Shown: positions 1-12,611 of the stretch, one piece after another | How positions within the stretch are numbered: position 1 is the first letter of the stretch | Layout: each line of letters opens with the position of its first letter | DNA from: Eledone cirrhosa | Taxonomy: Eukaryota | Assembly (NCBI GenBank): GCA_964016885.1 | Contig: OZ024740.1 | Coordinates: 174,716,001 to 174,780,000 of the forward strand | DNA: 64,000 bases | Direction: 5' to 3' | Notes under the pieces: model-generated | What the model was told of the DNA's origin: nothing | The model's input: only the letters and a program-made list of their open reading frames with translations | The model's database searches: none | Translations under genes and position numbers: made by a program

Positions 1-558
1 CGGGACCCGAGAGTATGTAATGGTGGTGCACAGAAATAAAGATATAGGCAGCCAACAAAACCGTTTGTGTAAAGCGATGTAAGACAGATATAGAGAGAGA
101 AATAGGACTTTCAAAATGTGGGGTATAGAAATAAAGATATAGGTAGTCAGTGCTGTTTGTGTAAAATGGAGCTATGCTAATTCACCCACAGATAGATAGA
201 GAGAGAGAGGGAGTAGGTAGTGGACAATAACACCGCTTATGTAAGGTGGGAATTGTGTCAACTAACATCGAATACCTGTACGGCTATCTCATTGCCTTTG
301 AAAAAGGTCGTAGTAGCTGATTGTGGTTTTTGTATTCAATGTTTGTGTCCCAAGTCAAACAGAACACTGCTGTTTGTTTCTACTGCTGCTCTGAATAAAC
401 CTTCTTTGTCGTCGTGCATATTGTGTGTGGTAGTGAATATACGGGGTGTAGGTAGTAGGTTCTCCGTCGGTCTTGACGATAAGCATTTAGTTGTTCGACG
501 AACTGAAGTTCATACACCTGAGATTAACGTGTAAGCGACTCAGTGCTCCACCTTTAAC
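1..558 (+). mobile_element. Possible 3' part of a solo/3' LTR of an LTR retrotransposon
   Basis: Internal direct repeat AGAAATAAAGATATAGG (~32, ~127), AATAAA at ~395, segment ends in ...CCTTTAACA; no primer-binding site follows and the left end is outside the window. Confidence 0.3.
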
Positions 559-1602
559 ACGCATGCGCGCGTGATTGTGTGTGTGTTATATGTGTAAGTA
601 TGTATATATATATATACAAACTTAATAAAATTAGCAAAGAGAGGACAAGGCAATGAACGGAAACAAGGCAAAACGAAAAACAATTTTTTAAGGGGAAACC
701 TTAATTTTTTAAAATAAAAATACAAACGAACGACACAGAACTCCAGGGACGTTGGTCGGTGAGATGGACTTTGACAGTTTCGACCCCTACCAACGGTATT
801 GCTGGTCCACCCGAGGTCACAGCGTCTGACGCGAACCACCAAACGTTGTCCAGTGGAGTAAAAGACGACATACAAAATATTAATCTATAGCAATTAAGCC
901 TCAAAAAGTACACATAGAATGTTATGCGACGTCAGTGAAAAAGTATGGTGCCTCTTATAGCACGAGAGTCTCATTAATGGAACAAAGGGGGGAAAAAAGG
1001 GAACAAAGTAAGATATCGTGTTAAAAAATGTAAGTCATTGAAATAAAAGGTGGGAGAAGAGATAACACGTATGATATCATCATCATTATCTATAAAAGGC
1101 GGATTGTTGTTGTTGTGTGTGTGCATGTTCCATGTTTATAGATTTGCACAATTTCAAACCGATTCGACTCAAAGTCTGTAAGAATGTTGTAAATGGTCTA
1201 ACGTAGGTCAATGACTATTTATTTCATTCAAACTCACCCACAATTACGGAAATAATCGAGAAAACTAAATACATGACGCTTTACCCCTCTAATACAATCT
1301 GTTACCTCTCTCTACTCCCCTTAAAATTCTATAAAACTACATACATGCTGCAACTTTCTCTTATATACGCTTAAACCTACAAACTTTAAGAGAGAGAACG
1401 TTTGTTTTTGAGTGTGGAACGGTCAAACATTTATTTACTTCAATGACAAAGAGAACTTATTACATTTCATACGAAACAACAATTATTCAAAAGCAACAGA
1501 TAAATTTATTCAACAACAAAAAAAATAACGATAAATCTTTTTTAAAACATCTATCAACGAACGTGGAAGAAAGAAGTATCAGTTTATTTACTATACACAA
1601 TA

Positions 1603-1785
1603 ATATCCTTTATGAGGTCACTAAACCTGCTAGAAACAGCAGTTAACTCTCCCCTATATCACACCACTCCCTACTGTCTTAAATTTAGAAAACATATCCT
1701 CTATGAGGTCACTAAACCTGCTAGAAACAGCAGCTAACTCTTCCCCATATCACACCCCACCCTACTGTCTTAAATTTAGAAAACA
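1603..1785. repeat. Tandem duplication of a ~90-bp unit
   Basis: ATATCCTYTATGAGGTCACTAAACCTGCTAGAAACAGCAG...CCCTACTGTCTTAAATTTAGAAAACA occurs twice in tandem. Confidence 0.85.
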
Positions 1786-1789
1786 CACA

Positions 1790-2056
1790 TTAGACAACAT
1801 GCAGAACAACTCCATCGCAGCTCTGTTGGTCGGCTGGCATCGTCTACGCGCGTGTTGAGCAAGTACTGTGAAAGAATACATTTCAACACTTCTTTGCACA
1901 GAGATAATATCCATAGGCGAAACTGCTTCGGCAGTCCAGGTCTGCAATTCATTCACCCAGTGCCTGGCAGACAAAAAAGTGCTGCCATAAAATGGGTGGT
2001 GCAACCTAACTTTGGTAACTTACTACCCCGAGCAACGCCGGGCTTTAATGCTAATC
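1790..2056 (+). mobile_element. Probable Helitron-type 3' terminus fragment
   Basis: Ends in a GC-rich hairpin CCCGAGCAACGCCGGG followed ~8 nt later by a CTAG-like GCTAAT. Confidence 0.35.
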
Positions 2057-2112
2057 CGTAGATAAAAAGTAAAAGAAAAGAATGCTCAATCTATTGAAAG
2101 AGAGCAAATTTA

Positions 2113-2347
2113 GAATAAAGTTTGATACACTTAACATGTAAGTGCGACCATTGGTTTCGTGGTCCAGTTATGGCCACAACTGTATAGTGGAGGAAGGTCT
2201 TCCAAACAGGCCTCTCGTCGTATTTTTGTCTTGGTGCCCGATGAGGGGCTAGTTTGGAAGAGCCTCCTCCATTATACAGTGGGGGCCATAACTGGAGCCT
2301 GAAGCCAAAGGCCGCACATACATGTTAAATGTATAAAACTTTATTCA
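2113..2347. repeat. Diverged fold-back palindrome with a decayed hammerhead ribozyme in each arm
   Basis: Inverted arms GAATAAAGTTT...AAACTTTATTC; + arm GTGC-CCGATGA-...-GAAG-...-GCAC; - arm reads GAAA-CCAATGG-TC-GCAC. Confidence 0.7.
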
Positions 2348-2350
2348 TAC

Positions 2351-2380
<30 letters not shown>

Positions 2381-2381
<1 letters not shown>

Positions 2382-2598
2382 GTAAGAAGGTAGAACAGCA
2401 TAATCGAAGTTCTGGTTGCGGTCGAATGCTGTCGGGAAGTGCAGCCAAACGCACTCAATAAGGAATTTTACCTTAGAATTATATATATATATATATATAA
2501 CTCTAAGGTAAAATTCTTTATTGAGTGCGTTTGGCTGCACTTCCCGACAGCATTCGACCGCAACCAGAACTTCGATTATGCTGTACTACCTTCTTACA
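2381..2598. repeat. Near-perfect ~100-bp inverted repeat with (TA)n centre
   Basis: TGTAAGAAGGTAG...TTTTACCTTAGAATT-(TA)n-AACTCTAAGGTAAAA...CTACCTTCTTACA. Confidence 0.95.
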
Positions 2599-3090
2599 CA
2601 CACATATATATATATAATGTACATTCCATGCACTCACACGTTTCCACACACATACACACATGAAGAGATAATGTGAGAATTGTTTTATTTCATGTGAAGG
2701 TATTTAGTTCTTTATCTAACTAATACGACATCAAATAGAAACACTTAACAAATCAAGTTATTTACGATAATTTATTCTGGAAACCTTTACATGTTACTCT
2801 CGGTAATATCTGCGAGTGCCATGAAGACTCCCTCTTTTCCCAGACGAAACAAATAAAAATAAAAAGCACAATGGTGAGAAAAATATATATTTCGAAAACA
2901 TGAGGCCATATCAAAAGTCCTTCTACTAGACGTTAAGATATTCATTTGCTTGGATTCAGACTTGTGTCACACCCACGCTGAAAGATAAAATCTGACCTGT
3001 CAACTCTCCCCGTCCGACGGGGAGATCTCCCACCCACTTTGAGGTGAGTGAGAAATGTCTTCTCTTGTGAAAATGGGTATAGCTTTCATT

Positions 3091-3267
3091 TTGGCAGTAT
3101 CGGTAGAGGGTCTGACGCCATGCTTTGACGCAGAGAGTTACGGCCCTTGCCATTCCGAGTTCAAATCCCGCCGAGGTTAACTTTGCCTTTCATCCTTACG
3201 GGGTCGATAAAATAAAGTACCAGTAATGCACTGGTTAATTGCTGGCCCTGTGCCAAAAGTAGAAACA
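3091..3267 (+). mobile_element. tRNA-derived SINE, family 1 (Meta-domain-like central region)
   Basis: A-box-like TGGCAGTATCGGTAG, B-box GAGTTCAAATCC, central GCCTTTCATCCTTACGGGGTCGATAAAATAAAGTACCAG, tail GGCCYTGTGCCAAAAGTAGAAACA; many copies in window. Confidence 0.85.
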
Positions 3268-3800
3268 TTTATGTAAAGTCTCCCCACTTTGCCTCATTTC
3301 TCCACGCTTTGGGGCACTGTTGTTCATGGTACTTCCCGTTTGGGTTTTAGAGGTTGGCAGGTTTGAAAAAATGTAGGTACTATTATGGATGAAACCACCA
3401 TAGAAATTCCTAAGGGGGATCTCGGTGTATCCGGGGAAGTATACAATGTATGGCGGCCAAACTGAAATCTGGGGTGCTCTGACATGACTTAATAAGTAGA
3501 CGCATATCATTATCTGTGGGTGAATAACCCTAAATGTTTTTCGTGTATTATATAATATCTTTAATTAATTATTGTGTTTTATAATTTTATACTGAAGCAA
3601 AGAAATTTTATTTATTTATACTTATTTCATGTTTTATCAAATTGACGTCTTTGCTCCTACTCTCGTTTTATACAACTTAGTTCAGCCCCACATGTATTAT
3701 AACACCTACGTTTATAATATTTATTATATTTTATGTGCAAGTCTTTGTGGCTAATAACAAAAGTCTTCTTCTTCTCATTATTATTATTATTATTATTATC

Positions 3801-4003
3801 GGTGGATTGGCAGTATCGGTAGAGAGTCGGACGCCATGCTTTCCAGCATAGTTACGTCCCTTTACGATCTGAGTTCAAATCCCGTCGAGGTTGACTTTGC
3901 CTTTCATCCTTACGGGGTCGATAAAATAAAGTACCAGTAATGCACTGGGATAATTGCTGGCCTTGTGCCTAAAGTAGAAACAATTATTATTATTATTATT
4001 ATT
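3801..4003 (+). mobile_element. SINE family 1, full length with (ATT)n tail
   Basis: Same motifs as 3091 copy, ends AGAAACAATTATTATT. Confidence 0.85.
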
Positions 4004-4044
4004 ACAGGGCAGTGGATTGGCAGTAATGCACTGGGGTCATTATG

Positions 4045-4571
4045 CTGCCCTCCTTTAGCCGGGAAGGACAGGGAGCTTTTATCTGCCTGGTGGCCATGGT
4101 AAAAGAGATCGTATGGTGGATGCGTCTGAAAGGGTTGAAGACAGATACTTCCCTCTTCAGTGACGCCCTCATTAACTTTTTCAGGTGAAACCTGGAAAAT
4201 CAGGGTAGAGAGGGAAGTGCTGCCTTCCAGCCAGTTTGTTGAAAGGTGGGTGAGAGAAGCAAGAATGGCCCGTGTGAAAGGGCCTACCCTGAGCGTGTGC
4301 CTGTAGCATCGTAGGAGGAAAACTGGAAGAGGGCCTTGCCCTAGCGGTCAGGGTAACCGTGGCTTTTTTGTTGGCTTTCTCCACGAGCGACCCTCGGAAG
4401 TCTCCCCCTATTGGGGAATTTTTCATTGTTTCTTGTTTTGTTACACCCTCTGTTTTTGTTGGTTTTTTTACACGCAGAAATGCCCATTTGTACCGTCCTG
4501 TATTGTCCTGTGTTGTCCTTAATGTTATACTTTGTGTCAACCCTTGTGGTTAATAAAGAAAACATTATTAT
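4045..4571 (+). mobile_element. Tx1/L1-clade LINE copy 0, 5'-truncated (ORF2 C-terminus and 3'UTR)
   Basis: Translates to FICLVAMVKEIVWWMRLKGLKTDT, matching ORF2 C-terminus of copy B; ends CCCTTGTGGTTAATAAAGAAAACATTATTATT. Confidence 0.9.
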
Positions 4572-7500
4572 TGGTCTGATCGGACGTCTTTTTGCTTGCT
4601 CTCGTAAGTCTCTTTATTTAACTGTCATAAATTATTTATTGTTAAATTTGTGCTGTATGTACGGGATATAAGCCCTTGGACTTTGCCCTGTCAAATATTT
4701 GAACTTTCTACATTTAAAAATTATCGAAAAAAAAACATGGCTGAGCCACGCCCCCAGCGATATGTCTGCTGTCGTGTGACAACGACGTAAAAGTTGAGAG
4801 GAGGGTTACGGCGAACACAGAATTGATACAACAAACACCACCACAAACAACGTGAACAAAGACAGCAAATACAACCCTGGGAACACTATTTTTTAATAAA
4901 ATAACCATACCGACCACAACAGCAACAGCGACTCTCTAAATACAGACTACAGAAAAAATGACAACAAATGCAACAACAATATTAACACCACTAACATGAG
5001 AATAATTAGCGACAACACCAACAGAAACAATACAAATTACACCGAGATCAACGACAGCGACACCAAAGACACAACCAACTGCAACAGTGATAACAGCAAC
5101 AAACCGTTTGTAGCAGTAGCAACATCTACAGCACCAATAACAATACCAGTAGCAGCAGTAGCGGCGGCAACAATGATGCCACTGAAAAAGGGACCATCTC
5201 TTTTGCAAAGGTAGCTCGCAACGTAGAAACAGTCCTGATTACAGAGGAGGACATGGCAGTCGCAAGATACATGGTAACCAGAACTGAATTTTCAGTGTCC
5301 TTGAAACCACCAACCGACTTCCTGGAGGAACAAGAGCGACGCACAGTGTCATACCGCACGATTGCCACGAAATCGCGTCGTGTGGAGAGAGCCTCGGAGG
5401 CCCAAATCCAGAAGGCCTTCAGAACTGTGTGGGCACGGAAAAGCCACATCACCCGAGGCAAGAAATATGCTACCGTGGACGTCCTTTTTGCTACCACCCA
5501 GAAAGCAAAATCGCACTCACTGAGGACCCTACGAAGTGATGACATAACATTAGTCCCGTTTTACTGCGGGAAAAAATTGCAAAGGTCAGGGTAACCCAGG
5601 TTCCGCCCTACGTACCTGTGCCTTGGCTGGTCGTGTCTGTTCTTGCGGGCATCGAGGATAGAACAACCATTCTGCAGGTACAGAAGTTGGGGAGAGAGGA
5701 CTGGTCCGATATTGGAATGGAGATGCTCATCCAAACCACCAGGACTGCATCGGCGCTATTCCCGACGTAATAGACCACGGGAATGGCTCCCAACGTCCCA
5801 TATCTGTGGAAGGAAGGCACCTAAAGTGCTTCAACTGTAGATCCAAGTCTCACTTCAGGGCCTTCTGCCCACAGAAAATAACAAAACGAAGGTCCCCCTC
5901 CTTCCGACGCCGGAACCGCTGCCATCAGAAACAGAGCAGTCAGCGAAAAAGTTGGGAGCTTCTACAGAGAGTAGGAAGACAAAGTCCGTAGCACTCACAC
6001 CAAAGCCACGGAGAACCAAAACAGCGGCGACAACTGCAGCAACAGAAACAGTTGCACTAGCTGCACCTGTGCCAAGAACGGCAGACCAGGCTCCACCACC
6101 GCCAACAACAACAACAAAGGCAGATGAGAGGGTAGAACTCATACCCCTCCCCGACCTCTCACAGTCGGACATGGAGTATGAGGCGGCTGAGGAGTGGAAA
6201 CGGTTGTCAACAAAAACAAAACAAACGCAAAAACACCACAGCTTCTCCCTCCAAAAGCGAAGGCAAAGAAAGAGGGGTAAAGGCTGCAAGGAGACTTGCA
6301 ATAACACCACCACCATCACCATCACCACCGCAAGCATCACCACCACAACAACCACACCACAACCAGCATAACCAAAAACACCAACATTGCAAACACAACG
6401 AAACACACACGCCCAACAGCAACAAGAAAACAGCACCAAAACTACCCCTCCCCCAAAAAGTACACAGCCATAAACATTGCACACCAAGGACTAATGGAAC
6501 ATATAAAACAGCACACCGATATTTCAGACGTAAATTACCATACTCCAGCAACACCAAGAACATTACCAAAAAACATTAACATTGTGGAAATCGAACTCGA
6601 AGACTACAAACAATTTAAACAAAAATTTAGGTGGTCACTCTCCAAGAGAATCTATAAACATATCGTCTCGGAGACACCCATGACCAGCCGAGGGGACTGT
6701 TCTACTGACCCTTCCCCACACGATCAAGGTAAGTGATCCTTTCTCCCTTACCCCGTTCCTCATCCAACATGGCCGTACTTAGAATAGGCAGTATAAATGT
6801 ACGTAGCCTGGGTCATCTTGGAAGCAGGGTCACCTGCTCAACGACCTCAAGTCACTAAACATAGATGTGGTGGCCATCAGCGAGACCAGAATCTCCGAAG
6901 CACGAGCCTTCGCATCGATCTTCGGCGGCTACGATGTATACGCATCTCCCAGCCGTCCAGGATCGGGGGGGGGAGATGCTGTGCTTTTTCGGAGAGGCTT
7001 GGATCTCGCCATACGGGCCATCTTCCTGGACCCAGAAGGTAAGTCGGTGGGGCTGGACGTGACCGACAGCGAAGGCAATGCTTTCAGGCTAGTAGCCGCC
7101 TACGCCCCAGCATGGGCAGGACGGCCAAATTTCTTCAGACGTCTAGAGAACTTTCTTGGAACGTCCCGCTCTTTAGTGTTAGTGGACGACTGGAACGGTA
7201 TCTTAGATGCACGCTGGGATTATGTGGGGCTAGTAGACAGGGCAGGAGGGTGTAAAAGCCTCAACAACCTTCTCAGACGTTCTGAACTGTCTGACAGGTA
7301 TAGACTGGATTATCCGAATGTGCCAATGTGGACATGGGCAAACCGCATCGGGTCATCCAGATTGTATTTAGATGAGGTATTCTGTAGGGAAACAGATAAG
7401 GCTAGTATAGGTTGTCCACAATTTAAAGTAGTCGACTACATGTACCACAAATTTGTGATCTGTGAAGTTGACTTTGATAGATTCCATAGGCAAGAGCCCG

Positions 7501-10431
7501 GTTACTGGAAGCTGAACGCGTCGTTCCCGGCGCACAAAGCTTACAAAGGCCGGATTAGCTAATTAGTTAAGCGTGCGTTGACGGGTGCGATCGTCAACAA
7601 CAGGTGGTGGTTTACTCTGAAAAGGGCTATTAAAGTAGAATCGATAAGTTTTAGCAAAAGAGTAGCGATAGAGGAAAATAGAGTAGAGGGAGAGTTAGTT
7701 AGAAAGCTAGAAGAGGCGTTTAGGACAGGCATCGCAACCGACCTGCTTGCGGCGAGATTGGCACTCGATAAATTCTTCAACGCAAAGCATGAAGGCTGCG
7801 TTGTCATAGCTAGAGCGCGTGCTCTAAGACACGAGGGGACGAAAGCCGTTCAATGGGCCCGGGTGGTGGTGGCGCGACGTGGAAACAAGTCCACAATTCG
7901 GTCTTTGTCTGATCAAAACGAGCGCATGTTGCTCGAACCCGAGCAGATTTGTGCGGCTTTTCAACAGCACTTTGCTCAATTGTTCGGGAGCGGCGGCGGG
8001 CCGGTCGGAGTGTAGACTTCGGTGCATGCCTCGACGGAGTGCCGCGGCTCTCGACGAACGACCGCAGCGCAGTGCTGCGAAAAGCCGATAACAGCAGATG
8101 AAATACGGGACGCGATGTCTGACTGCACGAGGGGTAAATCGCCAAGTTTGGATGGTCTGCCCTACGAGCTTTATGCGTATATGCCAGACTTGTTCGGCGA
8201 CCTCTTGGCACGTGTCTACTGCAACTGGCAGCAGAACGGGAGCATTCTCAATTTTGTGAGCCGGTGAGAGGTGGCGCTGCTGAGAAAAGACCCGAACAAG
8301 AGGGACGTTATAGACAACTTCAGGCGCATAACTCTGCTAAACGCAGAGTTTAAGATTTTGGCCAACGTGTTAGCAAAGAGATTGGCGCTTGTCGTCGATG
8401 ATCTGGTGGGAGAGGCGCAGACACGCGCCATTCCGGACAGATCCATCCACGACAACCTCCATCTCATGCGATACATCATAGAGAGGGTGGTTAAGGAACC
8501 TCGCACGGGTGGGCCCCTGATCAACTTGGATCAATCTAAAGCATTTGATAGGATCGACCATCGGTACCTCGCTGCGGTCCTCGAGGCGGCGAGTTTCGAG
8601 CCCGTTTTTAGGGGCTGGATCGCTGCGATGCACAGTGACATCTGCTTGATTGTGAGGGTGAATGGTCACCTGTCGCAGCCGTTCAGCATCATGCGTTTGA
8701 TCCACCAGGGTTGTCCCCTGTCGTCCCTCTTGTACGTATTGGCCCCCGAGCCGTTACTGCACTAATTGGAGATGATGAGGGGGTCCCACGCGAACTATGA
8801 TGCGGGAGATCCGTGTCAGCTTACGCCGACGACGTCACCGTGGTGGTGTCGAGCACCAAACACGTCCAGATGCTCGGCACCGCTCTAAAGGTATACCAAG
8901 TGGTGACAGGAGCAAAAATAAACCAGGAAAAGTCGGTGGGCTTACGGCTCGGCACCTAGAGAGACAAGTCCATGCTGTCCGACAGCGTCGTGAGGCGCTG
9001 GACGGAAGGACCGGTTAAATTGCTTGTGGTCTGGTTCAGACCGGACCTCCAGATGGAGAAAAACTGGAGTGAGGTGACGAGCAGGGTGGCCTCTCTCTCC
9101 CAGAAATGGACCAAGAGGAAACTGTTTCTGAAAGGTCGATTGGAGGTGGCGAATGCGTACATCGCGTCCGTCATCTGCTACCGCCTGACCGTCGTACCTT
9201 TTCCCCGCCCAACTCTGACCAAAATGGAGCGCCTTCTCTTCCGCTTTTTGTGAAAGGGACTTGCTCCCATAGTCAGACGATCCATCTGCTGTCAACACCT
9301 GTTGCGTGGAGGACTAGGCATGCCATGGCTGATGATGCGCAAACATGCGCTGATGCTGCGACATCTCTGGTGCTTCCTTGACGGTGAACAGGTGTGGTCG
9401 CCGTTTGCTAGACGCGCTATTCCCCAGCTTGTCTCCTTGACGGAGCTGCAGTCCTGGATCAGGAAAAGACCGAGGGATAGCGCTTGGAAGCTGGAATGTT
9501 TCTAAGCGCTTCCCGCCCTCTACCAGCTGGGCACTAGTATCGGTGGAACATCCACCTCGGTATTCTATAGAGGGCTAGTGGAAGGGAAGAGTGATGACGT
9601 TCTCGGGGAGACCCTGGGCGTCGAAGACGATCAGCTCTTCGTTCTTCTCAAGAGAACTTTCAGCTCGGGGCCTATGGACAACTTCCAGAAATCCCTGGCC
9701 TGGCAGTGCTACCGGGGAGCTTTGCCAGTTCGGGATAAGCTCTACATGCACGGAGGTGCTGACAGCCGAGCCTGTCCGAGATGCGCGCAAGGCGACGAAA
9801 CCGCCCTGCACGCACTCGTTCAGTGCCCGAGGAGTGCTGACTTGTGGAGCTCTGTCCAACAGTTGCTGTCGCGTGTAGGACTGAGTCCATAGTGCAGATA
9901 GCCCCGCCATCCTCCTTTAAAGAGAAGGAAGGGCAGGCAGTTTTCATCTGCCTGGTGGCCATGACGAAAGAGATTGTGCGGTGGACAAGGTTGAAAGGGT
10001 TGAAGACAGACACTTTCCTATTCGGCCAATCCCTGATTAACTTTTTCAAGTTTCACTTGAAGAGGAAAATCAGGGTGGAGAGGCAAGTGCTGTCTTCTAG
10101 AAAGTTTGTTGAAAGGTGGGTGAAAGTGGCGAGTCTGATCCGTGTGAACAGGCCCGTTCTGAGTATGCGCCTATAGACAGAGGAGTGAACAAACTGAGAG
10201 AGCGCTTGCCCTGGTGATCAGGGTGGCCGTGGTCTTTTGTGTTGTTTTCACCACGAGTGACCCTCGGAGGCTTCCTCCTTTTTGGGGAATTTTTGTCGTT
10301 TGAATTTTTTAATTTGTTTTTACGTTTCTGTCATGTTATAACCTTTTTACACGGCCAAAACCCACTTTGTATCGTCCTGTGCCGTTTGTAATGTTTTTCT
10401 TTATGTTAGCCCTTGTGGCCAATAAAGAAAC

Positions 10432-10462
<31 letters not shown>
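4572..10462 (+). mobile_element. Tx1/L1-clade LINE copy A, full length, degraded
   Basis: 5'UTR, ORF1 from ATG 4737 (MAEPRP as in copy B, CCHC knuckle CFNCRSKSHFRAFC), frameshifted ORF2, 3'UTR, AATAAA and (ATT)n tail. Confidence 0.92.
6769..10176 (+). pseudogene. Copy A ORF2 (APE endonuclease-RT-zinc finger), disrupted
   Basis: Fragments AISETRI, PGYWKLN, LDQSKAFDRIDH, QGCPLSS, CPRC-x8-H-x4-C with stops and frameshifts. Confidence 0.9.
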
Positions 10463-10672
10463 GACGAAAGTGGATGTACGTTTTTTGAAGCTCCGTGAGT
10501 AAGCAATTTTTTGAGGATTAATTGTAGAGAATTGTTTATTTTTTGTACCGCTGAAGCATTATAAGACATTCATTTGTATCCTGTGAAGGAATAACTCATA
10601 ATATTTGGGCCTTTTGGCCCAAATATTTGAACTTTATTTTGAAAAAAATAATAATTTTTTTCTCAAAAAAAC

Positions 10673-12582
10673 ATGGCGGAGCCACGCCCCCTAGAGGCGG
10701 GTCTGCTGTCGTGCAACGGCGACTTGAGCGTTGAGAGGAGAGGTGAGGCGAGGAGCGCCACCAGCACGAATGTGAGCAGCGACAGTGCCAGCACCAACGG
10801 GCCGAGCGGCGCGGAAGGTGGTAACAGCGACAACACCAACACCAACAAGCCGAACAGCGCAGAAGGTGGTAATAGCGAGAGCACCAACAAAACGAACAGC
10901 ACAGAGAGTAATAGTAGCGACAGCAACAGCACCAACAAGGCCAACAGCACAGAGGGTAACCACGACACAGGGGAGAACAACAACAGCAATAGCAGCAGCA
11001 ACACCAACAAGAACAACAACAGTGACAACACCAACAAGAACACCTTCGCTGCTGTGGCAGCGGCTAAAAGGAGACCATGCTACAGCATCGACTTAACCAA
11101 CAGAGAGGAAAAGTTGGCCCAGGCCTGGAAAATCATAAATCAAGAGCAGACCTGGGCAAACTTAACTGTCCCGGCAGAAGCCATTGAGGCAGTGGAAAAA
11201 AGAACGGTGCATTTCAGATGCATCTCAGTAGAGACAAAGAGGGCAGCGATAATCGCCCAAGCTGACATAGAAGCCGCACTGAAATACATCAGAGAGGACA
11301 CAGACTTCATAGAGAGGGGCAGGCAATACGGCACCGTTTCGGTGCTGTTCAAGTCTGAAGCCCTCGCTGTGAAGCATTCAATGACCCCTTGCAAAACCAG
11401 CAAGGTCATAATGTACCCCTCCCACATGGGAAAACGAATAGCACGTGTGCGCATTCCCAGGATTCCACCAGGACTTGATATGTGGTGGCTCCTGGGTTGC
11501 GTAATCGTGGAAGGAACGGATACAGTCCCGGTAGAGGCAACGAGAACTGCCAGGGACGACTGGTCCGGGGTTGATCTGGAGATACTGCTCCAAATCAGAC
11601 CCGAAAACGTAAAAGCAATCCCGGACCACATCCGCCTCCAAAACGGGAGGGTGTTGCATATAATGACTGAGGGCAAAAGGCCGCATTGTTTCCTTTGTGG
11701 GGAAACGACACACTTGCGAGCCTTCTGCCCTCAACTGCCGAAAAGCGCAAGGGGTCGAAAGATTCCACTGCTGGCGACGCCGGGACAAGGACCACCAGCA
11801 ACACCGTCAACAATGGAACCACCAAAATTGCACACCCAGGGGGGAAACGAGGAAAGCTCTCCCATTCCCCCTCCCCCCAAAATACACACACGAACAAGAA
11901 CATAAACACTCACTCAGACACAAACACGCTCACAGCCACAGACCCCTCATCCTCCAGCAGTGAAGATGAGGGAAAACCAAAATCCCCCAAAATACAAAAA
12001 ACAAAACACAAAAAAAAAAGAAATCCACAAAGCACAAACACCCCCACAAAAAAAAATACACACACCACCCACACAAACATTTTCCCCACAGCATCACCAA
12101 CACAACCACCAAAATCCCCCAAACGCAAACAAGCTAAACAGACACAAGAACAAATAGACACACAAACATCAGAAACTACAGACACCCCACCCACAACAAA
12201 CGCAGACACAATAGAAACAACACTAACAAAGCTATCACCACCACAATCACACGAACAAATAAAACCCGAGCAACAAAACATTAAAAACTTCGTGCTTGCC
12301 AGAAGGGCCAACAAGGAATTGATGGCCCATGTAGCACGAAGCACAAACATCGAAAAAGACGGGGAAACATTTGAAGCGAGCACATTTCGCGTACCAGATA
12401 ATTTGCTTCTGATGCGAATGTCGCTCGCTTCATACAAAGAAATTCGAAAGAGCTTTCCTCGGGATGTGGGAACCCCGAACGTAAAACCCACGTCAAGACT
12501 ATTAAAGGGGTTCCCAAAAGAAACCCCACAAACCATGGAGGTCGAACCACCCGACCTTCACAAGACCCCGGAAGGTAAGTAA
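10673..12582 (+). CDS. Tx1 ORF1 nucleic-acid-binding protein, split by one -1 frameshift (10673-11905 and 11686-12582)
   Basis: N/S/T-rich N-terminus, CCHC knuckle CFLCGETTHLRAFC, K/T/P-rich linker, C-terminal region similar to ORF1 ends of copies C and D. Confidence 0.8.
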
Positions 12583-12611
12583 ACCTTTCCTCTCCCATTC
12601 ATCCTGCCAGC

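Noticed and set aside
760-830. Hammerhead-like GAAACTGTC with hairpin on the minus strand
   Set aside because: CUGANGA incomplete and no stem I pairing
3091-3170. Genuine tRNA genes at SINE heads
   Set aside because: A/B boxes are fused to SINE bodies and no convincing cloverleaf is seen
12575-12610. 36-nt GT-AG mini-intron fusing ORF1 to ORF2
   Set aside because: Removal leaves ORF2 out of frame, and the length is very short for a spliceosomal intron
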